NCBI GenBank assembly: GCA_036172245.1
Contig: JAYWIR010000017.1
Span: 310,001-374,000, forward strand
Source: Raillietiella orientalis
Lineage: Eukaryota
Direction of reading: 5' to 3'
DNA: 64,000 nucleotides
Part shown: in pieces, positions 1 to 21,684 of the stretch
Layout: each line of letters starts with the position of its first letter
How positions within the stretch are numbered: the stretch's first letter is position 1
Program-made: the position numbers and the translations under genes
The notes under the pieces: generated by a model
Told to the model about the DNA's origin: nothing
The model's input: the letters and a program-made list of their open reading frames with translations, nothing else
Database searches by the model: none

Positions 1-109
1 ATTCAGATGAATGAAATTTCCTCGAAATTTTTCACAAAGCCCACAGTCGCGTGTTTATCAAGTTGTGTACACTTCGGATTCCCTCCCCCACTGATACAGT
101 ACTAGGGGA

Positions 110-450
110 AAGACGTGAAGAGAGCGATACAAGAGTTACCGCTCTTTTTTGACGTTCTTGTATCCCTTGGTCTGTACTTTATGTCGACAACTAAAGGGAA
201 GACGTTCGACGATGACAACAAATGGAGTTCTTGTCTTCCCGAATTTTCGCAAACGCCCCTTGCAGTGGGCCTGGAAGGGAGCCTCGCACGTTTTCAAGCA
301 GCCGTGCCAGAACGAATCGAAATTCATTTCGAGGCTTCCTTACTTCAGAGATCGCGGGCTGCACACTCCCCACACACTTTGTGACTGCAGAATGATGAGC
401 CAAATCACAATCGGTGTTTGGCCAAATTGCCAGCTGCATGAGTCTGCGCT
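110..450 (-). mobile_element. Possible decayed Ty3/Gypsy integrase C-terminal fragment
   Basis: GC-richer patch. Minus-strand translations LAHHSAVT..EVRKPR and KFGKTRTPFVVIVERLP loosely resemble the integrase tail and GPY/F module. Confidence 0.3.
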
Positions 451-1601
451 GACCCCATGCGTGAATAGGGTTTGCTGCGCTTTATTTGTTGGAAATGCTC
501 ACAAAAGATTACTATGAAGTCATATGTTTTTGCAACTATTCCAAGTCATGGATCCTGTGCCTTTCATATTCCGACAAAAAATTAAAGCCTACATAGAATA
601 TGCAAATGTTGCTATTCCGGGGGACAAAACACACAAAAAAAAAAACCTAAACTCGAAAACTTATTTTTCACAAGTTCCGTTTAATATACTTTCGATTTTT
701 CAAAAACCTCCATATCTTTTTTAACATCTTGATATTATGATGATGAACTCGTTTTTCTTATTAGCAAATGTTCAAAATAAAGGTTAAATGTTGATTTATG
801 AACTCACATGTGGGATATGTTTTTTATTTTTTTCTGTTGTGTGCAATTACCACTTACATGAAGATCAAATAGAAACATTTGGTTTTTTGATTATATTTAA
901 CGTGTAATAATATAGTATACTCAAATATTTTCTCATTTATGGTCTTCCAGACATAAATTCCAATCATTTGTAAATCCATTACAGAGCTAGTCTTCCGGAT
1001 GAGGTTCTGAAAATATGAAACTGTTAATGAGAAAATTCACACGATTAGAATAAACATCATTTAATAAGTTTACAGGCTTTTATGAGCACCTAATATTAGT
1101 TGTTAGTATCACTGAATTCAGTTCAAAATACCGAATTTATCCTAAAACACTGGCCTTATTAAAAAGCTGAAATCCAGCCAACCTACACAACCAATGTTCA
1201 CTTCATAGGTGCTGTGAAAAACCACATGATGCCATCAACAAGTGGAAGACTGCAGCATTAGCCTGATTGAGGTCAGCCTCTCAATCAGGCCTGCGCCCCA
1301 AAATGAGCAAATATGAATCATGCATGTTGGTTTGTACACAAACAGTACAGTACCAATGATTACTCTGCATTACACATGTTAGCGTACATGGTTTCTATCT
1401 CTTTGGTCTAAGACCATAGTATCCCATCAAGATGTAGAGGGAAGATTCACAGCACCCTAAATAATAAAAGAATAAATCAGTTGGCATAAAAGATTTATTT
1501 CTTGAAGTCACCAGGTGGTTGAACTGGTACTTACCACCTTGCAAATTATTACAAGGTAAAAAATGCAAATAGTTCACAATCTCAAATGAAATACACAAGA
1601 T

Positions 1602-10242
<8,641 letters not shown>

Positions 10243-13200
10243 TCTTCTGATTGAAGAGAGAAACCAATTGAAATCAATCTATAAAAGGGATAAAAGTGCA
10301 AATTTTTCATATTGAATGGTTTATAGCATGAGAAACATTAAAAATGTTCAATAATGTCTATAAACATGGTAATTTACATGGAAATGGAAATTTTCAAAAG
10401 CATCAAATGAAAAAAAAAAAAATTTCATTTTTATATACTGTGGAATTTAATACAGCTTCTTTATTCTCTATATAAAGAATTCTGTATGCAAATGCGAGTC
10501 ATTAAAAGTTAAAGATTCATGTTCGCCTTCAGTCAAGGGTAGAATTTGCCGAAATTCAGCGTTAAAATCATTGGATCTTCTATAACTTATTTGGCAACTT
10601 TAGACTTCCAAAACGTGGTGAATCTGGCATGATTTCGAAACACTATGAACTTAACTATAATTAAAACACTATGAAGTATCTTAACATACAAGCAAACAAG
10701 TTCAACTATGACAAAAGAACACACTACAATTTCTTACGATCGAATTATCATATAGATATATTTTTCAGTATTATTAGGCACATAATAATCTGTTCCTTGA
10801 AACTGATTGCCTTATTAGGGTAACACAAAGCAAAGAGTACACAGAAGATGACAAGGATGCATTCTGTTATACATAATGACGAAAAAGCTTGTCAAAACAA
10901 TAATGAAAAAGAACTTCAATTAATAATAACATGTACAATTGTACTAAAATCGAGACTTGAAAATTCAACAGCACTAATTAACACAAACAGTCATCAATGG
11001 CCATGACAAGGAAATGAAAGTATGCACACATACCTGGTTTAGAACAATCAACAAAAAGTAAAATACACTAAATGAAAATTAATGGAACTTATGAACTTGA
11101 CTACTCAACTCAAGTATAGCACAGCAAAAAGAAGAACGTAATCAGATCTAACATCCTGCACTCACTCTAAATTCATTGCAATGTGCTTGAATCACCAAAC
11201 CTGAATGTTCACAACATTTAACAATGACAGTAATTTAATATGTTTAAAAACCAATACACAAACATTAAATCAAACAAGAAAAAATAACCAGAAAGTTACT
11301 TTTTGTTACTAAAAACAGCACTCCTACATAACAAATCAAACCACATCATTTAAGTTTTTAATACAGTTTAGGACAAAATCCCAGAAACATTCATATAATA
11401 AAATGAAAAACAAGAAACTTCTTGTCAAAAAATATCATTTAAGCCCTCTCTCCACACAAAAAGAAAAATCATGAATTACCATTATGCTACTGAAAAAAAA
11501 TTGACAAACTGTTAACTCACCAAATGATGAATCAACACTCATAAGTTTCTATCTGCAGCATTGCAATTCGGTTGTAATGAAGAAAAGGTATTTACAATAA
11601 AATCGACTTCTATTTAAATAACTTTCAACATATTTTTAAAACGATAATGTCTAAAGATTTGCACTTTTTTCTACAAAAAAAAAAAAAAGAACAAAAATCA
11701 TGAGTTAAGCAATAAACGATTCGAATTTCTAAATACATGGGAAATATTATTGAAATATGTCATTACATACAATGGGTTCGGCACGCTCACTTAATGCCCG
11801 GTAATTCCAGAGTTTATTAATCAAAACGTTTTCCAATTTTGGAATCTTTTAAAATCGTGACCAAATGATCACAAACTTGGAAATTTTACATTAACAAAGC
11901 AACAAGAACAAGTTCCAATAACTACAATGCCGATCCTATTCAATTACACACAAACACAACTTTTTGATAGCAAACATCCACAAATAAATGCGGTTCATTT
12001 TTCCCTCTGTAATTACAACCTAATTTCTTTCTGAACGTGCCATATGAACACAACTTTGCACTACTTTTGCACTCAAGTTTACCTGAATTTTGATTCATTA
12101 CTGCAAATGTACAAATGTCGACTTATATTTTCGTAATATTTCCACTTTTAATCTATATCCCTATCACCTTTAGATGTCAAAAAATTATTTCGCTTCACTC
12201 TGAAATCCAAGTTAAAATGAAACTACATTATTGATAATTATATTATCCATGACATTAAATTAACAATGAGTTTTACAATGCACATCTTTGAAAGATTCAA
12301 AAACAAGTTTCTAAATTTACTATAAACGAAAATTACAACATTCGGGATACACAACACAAACCATTTTCTACATGATAACCAACTTTTCTAATCAATAAGT
12401 AAATAACCGCTAATATTCAGAAAATGAAAAATTCGGTAATTGACATGATTTATTTGCGAATATTTTGAAATTAGCTTTAATCTAGGACAGAACTTTAAAT
12501 ATTGTTTATTAAAAATATTGTTAGTCGCGCATTCTTATCTGTTCACTGCCATTGATTTTCCGATAAATAAAATAATGTGACACAACATGCAATTTATTTA
12601 TCACAATTACGATTTACGCTATATTGTACACTAAATTAATCCGCACTGTTTGATTGATTACATTAGAGATATTTAAAATAATAATACGCTTTGTTAATCA
12701 AACATTCTGCAACTTGATTTTTTTTTTTTTTTGATTTCTGATTGCTAGATGCCAATTATTTATGCCAGCAGCATAAAATCCAATATGAAGTGTAAAATCC
12801 GACTGAAGCTGCATAATTGGTTTCCCCCTGTATTTCACAATGCATTTACGTACTGCACAAGCTCGCAAATTCACAGGATTTCTGTATACGCATTGTTTTT
12901 AGTGCATCTGAGAAAATGAAGTTTCAAGAACACTTTTTACTTTTCTGATGCTGGTATCCTCACATTTCTTCCCAGATAGCATTCCGCGTACATCACTTTC
13001 ACTTGCCGCTAAATACCAAGTTGAATGCAATGGATATTCTTTGATTCTATATCAATTGTTGGCTAGTTTTGCAAATAGCGGTATGAGTTCCTCCTCTCTC
13101 TTTCAAACACTATGTTTTCATAATTTGTGATTTTCCTCCAATCGTCAGCACAATTTGTTAAAGTTTTCACGAGCAGTACGTAACACAAATCTGTATCTAC

Positions 13201-15279
13201 ATGCCTTAGTTTTGATATGTTTCGAAGATTTCATACTGAGTTTTGAAGATTCAGCTTTTGGAAATTAAATGTGAATTCAGATTTCGGAGTTGAATCACTC
13301 TGAATTTTGCATTCATTAGTTTGTGTAAATGTAAGTTTTTGTACAGAAGTAGCACCATTCTATTACCGGATAGAGCTTATAAGTGAATGAGAAACACCTT
13401 GAATCTATTTGTCTCTCAGTACTAGACTGTGACAAGATTTGTGACAAAAAAAGCACCACATATTAAAAACACTGAGAAATTGTATAGTTCTCAGTTCATT
13501 GGGAATGTTTATAGTGGTCTCGATGTCAAGGTTTATAGGATCAGAGCATCATTAATTCACAAATGCACTTAATTGAATTTGAATCACAATTCCACGCCAT
13601 CTATTATTCGTGTAACTTGCAGTTGTATGGAATAATAGGAGAGGACAAAATTTACGAAAGTAGTCGTAATTTGTTATGTTGTTGATTTTCAACCTCCGAT
13701 GTCGATTATTTCCAAAGCGAATTCGTTTTATTCCACTGTGTTCTCATGTGACTTTTGAAAGAATTCAAGCCCGATACTATTCCAAGAGTTCTAGGATTTA
13801 TTGATCAGTAGATCAATTGCTGAAAAGGAATAATCATAGAACGAAACCAGATGATTAAGAAAGAGAAAATGTGGATGCTCAGTAAACATGTCGTAAGTGC
13901 AATGATGCATTACGGGCAATGATGACACGAAGATAACCATGAATTAACCAGATAACAAATCATTGCACTTTTTAGAGATATTTGCTGAGCAATTGGGAAT
14001 GAAATACACAAACTGTTTACTGTCTGTCTTTTATATGTATATCATTTTAGTGTATTCTGTTGAAATAGGAATGCAAAAGTACATTATTTATCTAGTTTTC
14101 AAACTTACTTTTGTTTTGATGAATCCCTTTAGAAGACAATGTTTTATCATCAAGTAAACAGTAGAAGCCATTTTCAGAATGCGATGATGTTTGAGATGCC
14201 CATAGAAACTTGATACAACAAGCAGATCTCTTGAGAATTTTTTGATAATTGAATCACGTGTTTGAAAAATCAGGTTTTGAGGTGAGATCTTTCAAGTTTG
14301 TTTGCCTTTGATATTCTTAAAAGAAAGTCAACTTGTAAAGCTGAGAGAGACAACGATTCTATGAGTTTGTTATTTGGTTTCGTTAGAGTAAAATTTATTT
14401 CAATCTGGTACGGTTCTTTGGAAATATGTTAGAACCATAACACCGATGTTGCTTCTTTATTGTGTCTCGAGTAGAAAGAATCATCTGCTCATCGACTCTA
14501 TATTAGAAAAAAGAAGAATATGCAATGATCCTTTTTCGATCCTTTTTTTGGGGGAAGACATTCATCAACAAATATTATAAATCAGTGTGAAAAAAGAACA
14601 TTAAAGCACTGAATTCTTAAACTATTCAAGTAATGAGATACACTCAGTATCCAATGAAATAATGGCAGTGTGTGTGTGTCTATGAAAGAATGCCTCGAGG
14701 AGTTTCTGATCAGGTTTTCAACACACCAATGTAGAAAAAAAAAAAAAGTGCATACTTTAGCAAGTAACATTAAAAAAGAAATGAACTAAGACGATACAGA
14801 TTTCTCAATTAATGGAAAATTAGCTTAACGGAAACGTTTGAGGAACCTGGAAGCAGAAAACCAAAGAAGAAATGTAACATTTAAGAGAGAAGCATGTCCA
14901 AAGCTATGATGACGAATGCAGTATGGGTTTCGTTCAATGAAAAGAGTTGTAATGTTAAAAAACAAACACTCTCAACTCGAAAGAACGAAAAAACAAATCG
15001 AACAGTATAGTTTTCTCAATTTGCATGGAAGATAAATCCGTAAGCACATACTTTGGACAACAGAGGCTTGGATCTGAAAAGTACAACGTAGTACTAAAAT
15101 GAAATCTACGATTATAAAAAGTGAGAAAAAAAAGTCTACAGTGCAATAGAATTTACATTCGGATACACAAAAAAATCAATATTTAATCAAGAACCACATC
15201 CTCAAATTTTGATCCGTTTTCAGAATTCTGCTCATATGAGAGGATTTTGATGAGGTCTCAATCCATCCATTCATTCTCA

Positions 15280-16000
15280 CCTAAAAACATATCGTGATTA
15301 AAGTTTCTGACCCATCGCCCCTACGTTTCGAACGTTTCCAACTGAGCAGTTTCTGTCTAATAGTTGCAAAAGTAGGAAGTGACTCTATAAACAGTCTGTC
15401 AAGTTCTATAGGTGGCTTGTTAAACGGACACCTGTTTCCAAATAAAGGTTTCTTGATTTGTTTTACCAACTCTCTCAACTATTTTCTGAGAAGATACACT
15501 TACGAGATTGAGTCATTCTGACGAAACTTTTGGTTCTATCTTTCACAATGTCTTTTTCGATAGCAGCGCTATTTTAATATCAGGTTTTTTTTTATCATCA
15601 GTCAATAAGCAAATAGTGTTCGAAAGTAAGAGAAACCACAGCGAATGACAGAATCGAAAAACAACATAGATCGAGAGCATTAATGGAGAATCCATGAAAT
15701 TATTAATTATTTCTACACATGATCCTCGTTGATTTTCAATCGTTTTCGGTCTCGTTTTCACAGTTTGACTATTTTATCCAAACACACTCCATTCTCCATT
15801 TCTCATCTTGAAGATTCCGCCGATAGCGGACAAAAGTTCCAAGCGTCTGTGATTATCCTGTAAGCCTCTGCAGCCGAAGTATGTGATTCCTTCGCATCCC
15901 TGGTTTCAAGAATTTTGCAGCTTGTGGAGACGTGTTAGATCTTCATTTTGAAAACTTCTGCACTGTTCTAGGGGTTTCCCTTTCAGGGGGTTGTGGGTAC
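15280..16000 (-). mobile_element. Decayed LINE ORF1-like fragment
   Basis: ENQRGSCVEIINNFM and RLFIESLPTFATIRQKLLSWKRSKRRG resemble LINE ORF1p segments (PE..E.C..IV..F; IFI.E.L...R..L). Confidence 0.35.
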
Positions 16001-16329
16001 TCTTCGGCTCATCCCGCCACCGTGTATTCCTTGCTCTTTGTAGTAAGTAGTTTAAGTAGGAACGCGATTTAAAAATTTTGCAGTGATGAGAATTGCAAGA
16101 AAATTTCGCTTCGACCTATTCTGTTCGTAGGTGCGTTTGGCACTTGTTTCGGGGTCCGTGTGGCCTTCGAGTTGGGTGTTCAGCGCAGTATTTGAGCTGA
16201 AATGTCGCATTTCAAGATGCGTCGGCAACGCTTTTCAGTGTTTGTATTCAATGTGCATGCCAGTGCATGGCAACTATATGTCCATCCGGATATATGTGAC
16301 CATGAGACTCATATGCAGAAAGTGCTGTG

Positions 16330-18250
16330 GGGCTATTGAATAATTCCAATAGACCCTGTACAAATCAAGAACACAGGAAATTCAGCATCAGGAAGCAAGG
16401 TGCTGAGTGGATATTCCCTGAAACTATTACTCGAGATGCTCGGATTGATAATTCCGCCTGATACAGAAATAATGCTCCCAGGAAGGAGCTTATGGAGAGC
16501 CACTACTTATTATTTTCTTCATGGAAGATCACGCCAAGCTTTCACGAATGCAAACGTGCTGAGCATTTTGACTTCGATCTGCTAAGGAAAGATAGGAAAT
16601 GGATCGTGTTACTGTTGTTTTTTCTTGTAAACTTGTTGGAAACAAATTATGTTCTGTGATACAGAAAGGCGGCTGTACTAATCAGATAATCGGAGTTTCC
16701 ATTGCAAAAACAAGGATCCGTCCCGTAGGAATAAATTCTTGTGATGAGCCAGTGCCAAGTTTGTGTGAAGGCAATCCTTCATTGATGAAATTCCCGATCG
16801 AGAAGCAATGTGGAAATGCTGTCTCCCTGGATAAAGGCAGAGACAGGATCTTCAAGAAAACTATTTAATTTAAAGATTCGTGAGAGCACTTTATTTGAGC
16901 ACTGGATTCTGATCTTGAGAAACAGAGCCTGGAGTCTATTCTGGGAGATTCGCAAACACCGAGATCCAGATAAGGAACGGTTTGTTTAAAAACGAGCTCA
17001 AGTGGCTCTAGAAACCAGGAAATTAAAAAAAAAAAAAAAACAATATGTGCTTTCATAAGATGATAACACTTAATGTCCTCAAAAATTCAAGCAAATTCCA
17101 CTGGAACCATTGCCAGCTAAGGTGAAGCGAGTGTTTAGGTGAAATGATGGAGAGGGAGAAAAGATTTATCTACTGTAACAGAAAATTTATGCACTGTCGC
17201 GGTAAAACGTCGATATTTCTCCATGAGGAAATTTCTATTAAATAAGACTGAACGCCTATCAAAATATTTGAATACGCAAAGGACTCTTTTAATACACGTG
17301 GTCGATGACGCCATACAAGCTGCTATGAATTGGAATTGAGATGCCACGAATTCAAGTTACTATAATTTATCAATTTTGAGGTATGCGTAAGGGGTCGAGC
17401 ATTTTTGCTTAAGCCAGAGGATGATTTAATTTGGAATATATATTGAAGACTGTATTATTAACTATTTTAGTTGCCCCTACATATATCTCCTATAACCATC
17501 TGCAATTACCTGGATGCCTTTAACGCGATTTAAAATGTGCAGGATTTCAAGGACAACTCAATTGCAACTATTTCTCACTCTGCACTGTTCTTAATTTAAT
17601 TCGGTTTAATTTATTCGTTGATGATTTCATCAATGCAGTACAAAGCTGTGCTTAAAAAAAAAGATTTGTGTGGGTTTCTCATTTATTCCTTTGAACATGT
17701 ATGGTCTCCGCTGAGAATCAAGCTCTGGAGACTTTCAGAAAATAAATGCTTTAATGTATAGTACGATCATGCGTAATTAGACTGCAAAACCCAAACAACA
17801 TATATTCCTTCTTTGCAATTTTTTCGTCTATTATTTTCATCCATACTTGGGTATAAAATATTGTTCCGAGTTCAGAGCTCCATTAAAAGAAAGCTTCGTA
17901 GGTCTCCAGCCGCCTACCAAGATCCATGGGAGCAAACCATGTTTGAAGATTGTAACGAGGAAGGACGAAAGTCAGGAGCCTGGGATAATTTTTCTTTGGT
18001 TTGTTATAGTAGCTTCTGTGCTGATTTTTGTGAAATCCATCAAGGGTCCCAATGAAACTCCACCCCTGTATCAGCAATTCGTCATTCATTAAAATCATCT
18101 TCCATTCTCTGGTTTGAGTTTTCAGATGGATATTAATCGCTTCCGATAAAGCCAATCAGCTCAAGATGGGAACTCGGATTCACTGAATTGGTTTCTCAAA
18201 GTGTCGCTTCCACACAGTCACGGTTTTTTCAACCAAAGAACATTCCTTTT
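16330..18250 (+). mobile_element. Decayed L1-like RT fragment
   Basis: Ordered relics RP..KNT, LPGRS, MDRV, IEKQCGNAVSL (GVRQGCPLS-like), YLGIK; many stops and frameshifts. Confidence 0.35.
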
Positions 18251-19413
18251 TAAAATACCACGGTGTGATACAGTTTTGCGAAAAAGGAAATGCTTTTAAA
18301 GACACTGCTATGAACAAATTACGAATATCCATGCTCTTCAAATATCTATACAAAAATCGATGCTGAGAAGAATTGCACTAGGCATCCATGCTTTTCTTTC
18401 AAAGTTCATTGGCATCACTCATCAATACCAGAAATCATGCTTAATTTTCTTTATCTCTGAAATGGTTCCACCCTCCATATTTTGAAACAGTTTTTGTTTT
18501 CTCAAAGAAGCCAAAGGTTTCAAATGAAAGTATTGCATGCATTACATTTCCTTCCTTAATAGCAGGCTGCTATTCACAGCAATGTATCCCAGTTTCAGTG
18601 TTCCTTCTTAACCCAGTGCTTTATATTCACAATACTATTTCAATTAAGTGCCAGCATATACCCTTGAAAAATAAACTGCATGATGCGCTTCACATTCGGT
18701 AGTTTACGAATCAAAAACGAATTTACATATCTCAAGAGTTCATAATGTGAAGAATCTTTGAAAGAATCAAATTTAGCAAATGAAGACAAGCCTTAGTGTT
18801 CTCTCATCGCATAAAACATTTCTGTGGTTCAGATGATAAATTCCACAAAAGCAATGATTTATCTTATATTGTTTGGAAATTAAGCCTGAAGAATGAAGTT
18901 CGGAGTTTCATACGAAAAATTAATGATGCACAAATATTTGCAAGTACAGTTAGCGTTCTTTAGGAGGAAAAAGAAAGAAAGAAAAAAAAAAAAGGCATGT
19001 ATAAATGAATCCTTACTATAGAGGAAAATTGATTCGTTTCGTTCTTGTCTTCGTTACAGGTCAGAAATTAGTAGTGCGAGCAGAAAAGATTCCCATTTGA
19101 GGTTATCTTGGTGCAAGCAAACATTGAGGAAATTTTCGCATTCCTCTGAACTGGAATCGTTTCATTTTGTAAGATGAACAATCATTTATTCATTAATAAC
19201 CATTTATTAAGAAACCACATTTTAGCATATTCCGATACATACTCACTTCCTCGGAAGCATTCAGTGCTGAAATGTAAAGTAACCTGTTCTGTGATATTAT
19301 GTCTCGTAGAACTTGAACGACACAAAAGCTATTAAAATTTATGAAATCACATTTTTGCATTTAATCGTGCATTTTGGATAGGGTTGATAGAAAGAGACCT
19401 AATCGTCGTCATT

Positions 19414-20186
19414 CACGAGGTGTAACCAAAAAGTTCGAGGATTTTGTCCGCTGCGGTTGTCATTGACGAAACAAAAACGCACCGATTCCCACAACCAACT
19501 ACTTTTCCATCACTGAAAAGGAAGGCAATAGTAGGTGGAAAAGACAGACGAGTCTGTGAGTTCAAGTTTGTGTGAAACAGAGCAAAAGGCGATGCTTTCT
19601 AAAGTAAGTTGGTCGTTTTTTGGCAAAGAGAAGCTTCCAATATGACTGAGGATGGACCTGTGAAGGCGTTGCAGAGATCTCCGACGTCAATCCCGAATAA
19701 ATTTTGTAGCAGTCGAAGCCGGTCGAAGAGTAGCCAGAACTTTTATGAAGAGGTTTCCATTCGACTGTGGAATAAGGTCAGACGGAACCGTTGCAGCATA
19801 CTGGAAAATGGTCGACAATTTCTTCAACATAATGACTCTCCTTCTCAAGAGTTTTTGGCTGGAAAAACAAAAAACCAAAAACAAACTCACACGTGTTCGC
19901 CTGATTTCTCCCCATAAGGTCTCTTTCTATATTCTCAACAGTCGGAATGAAACAAAAGAGTAGAAGACCTGGCGGTGACTTTCCGACCATTCGGAATTAT
20001 AGGACAGTAGGACTCGATAATTGTTAACAGCTGAAGACTTCTAAGGCATTCATTCCAAAAGGGAACGTGGATACTTGCAAATCAGAGCAAGGTCCCTTTG
20101 AAGAGGACAGCTCATGAAAATGTTGTACATACATGCTCCTTTGAAATCAAGGCTAAATCTTAGAACTCTCTGATCACCTCCCGTTA
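19414..20186 (+). mobile_element. Degenerate, internally deleted mariner element
   Basis: Left end cacgaggtgtaaccaaaaagttcgaggattt; imperfect inverted copy aaatcttagaactctctgatcacctcccgtta at ~20155-20186. Transposase relics FYEEVSIRLWNKVRRNR, FLQHNDSP (LHHDNAP), CSPDFSP (YSPDLAP) and a C-terminal PFEED (YFEGD-like). Confidence 0.85.
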
Positions 20187-20463
20187 TTTTGATGTATTGA
20201 AAAAAAATCTTCGAGATCACTAGATGCTTTGAATGAATGGATAGGCATTCACGAACTTCCCCAAAGATGAGACGAGCATTTGTAAAGCCATTGATTCACA
20301 TGTTTTCTATTGACGAACGTTCATCGTTCAGAAAAGGAGGAAGAAAAATGAAGTTTTTCATGTTAAAATCTAAAATCACCACCCATCTTCTATCGACGTT
20401 CACTGTAGATCGTTTGGCCTAAAATGATCAGCTTGAAGATGTTTTTCGAAAGAGCAAAGCACA

Positions 20464-21684
20464 CTACCTCTTGTTGACTGGCACTCGTTTTAGTTTAGGT
20501 AGAGAATTTTCCAAACCGGTAAGTGACTTTGGTCTTTGCTTAGAAGCTTGAAAAGCATGGAATGCTCCGATATCAGCTGGGTGTCCTCCGTATTGCTTGT
20601 GGATTACGCGTCTGGAATCCCGCGAGCTGCGCACTACTGGGGACAGGCTCCCGAGATGCTTGTCCGGTGATATGAAATTAGAGGTCAAGTTATCTGTACG
20701 AGTTCGAGAGCAGCAACAGTTTTTCGAGTTAATCTTCAGAGATAGATACGATGGAGATAGAATGCTTTCCTTTTCTGCAATGTCCGAGATTAGGTAGGCC
20801 AACGGAGGACTGACATTGCACAAGCATTGTGTGATACTGTCAACCATGTTCATTAGGAATTTGGAACAGTTTCTGCATTCGCCCTTTCCATGATTCTTCT
20901 TCTGCCGGATGAGGTTCGTGAATTCAGAGAACTTTTCTCGAAGGGTGCTGCTGTTTCCTCTGTCTTGAAAAAAGCCCACGAGTCTCCTCTCGATCTCGCT
21001 TTCGAGATCTTTTTCCCTTTTCTCCAGATCCATGACCTTCGTGATATCATCTTGAAGTGGAATCATTGAAATGATCTGCGAGGCGTCATAAAAAGCTGCA
21101 ATTTTTTTCCCTGACACACAAGTTCCCCCGTTTTTTCCGCCATCTGGACGGATCCTTCCGTAGCCCTTGCATTTTCTTCTGTTCTCTTTAACCATTTCTT
21201 GTTTTCCTTCAGAATACATCCTTCCTTCGTTCGACATGGAGTCTCCTTTACTTTCAGAACCAAGCGGCGATTCACTGAGAGCGCGAACTGCCAGTGGAAT
21301 GCGCAGCATCATATCAGATGACTGGTAAGACGCAGCAATCTTTGGCAGTGATTCGAATGCACCAGAAGCCATATTTTTCTGAATTATGAACGGAATGAAG
21401 AATCCGGAAGATGAAACATGACCTGTCTGCTCTGCGGTGTTGTTGGTTATTTGTTGTGGCATTTCTTTGCTCATCCTGCATTCAACTTCAGGCAAGTCCG
21501 GATAAATGTACACGAGAGACTCTGACGACGATGTGTGTGCGCACTGAGTAGGGGGAACCTTGCCTCCGGATCGCGATGTCTGCAGCGTTGGCAAAGCTGT
21601 GAGCGACACCGTTCTGCCAGTGGAAGATGAACTCTTGAAATGATTATTGAAAAAAATGCGACGTGTTGCCTTCGGTCTCTTCAA
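20464..21684 (-). CDS. Uncharacterised 406-aa ORF, probably the terminal exon of an unknown gene
   Basis: Uninterrupted ORF in otherwise stop-rich DNA. Ser-rich, with a short coiled coil (KVMDLEKREKDLESEIERRL) and a Cys cluster. An in-frame upstream exon 21804-21860 (GTAAG donor, AG acceptor near 21702) is possible. Confidence 0.6.
   Translation of the reverse strand: MKRPKATRRIFFNNHFKSSSSTGRTVSLTALPTLQTSRSGGKVPPTQCAHTSSSESLVYIYPDLPEVECRMSKEMPQQITNNTAEQTGHVSSSGFFIPFIIQKNMASGAFESLPKIAASYQSSDMMLRIPLAVRALSESPLGSESKGDSMSNEGRMYSEGKQEMVKENRRKCKGYGRIRPDGGKNGGTCVSGKKIAAFYDASQIISMIPLQDDITKVMDLEKREKDLESEIERRLVGFFQDRGNSSTLREKFSEFTNLIRQKKNHGKGECRNCSKFLMNMVDSITQCLCNVSPPLAYLISDIAEKESILSPSYLSLKINSKNCCCSRTRTDNLTSNFISPDKHLGSLSPVVRSSRDSRRVIHKQYGGHPADIGAFHAFQASKQRPKSLTGLENSLPKLKRVPVNKR

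Noticed and set aside
11521..11542. Upstream coding exon of PRP4K (MSVDSSF)
   Set aside because: Good GTGAGT donor, but its phase does not fit the acceptor at 10246; at most a UTR exon.
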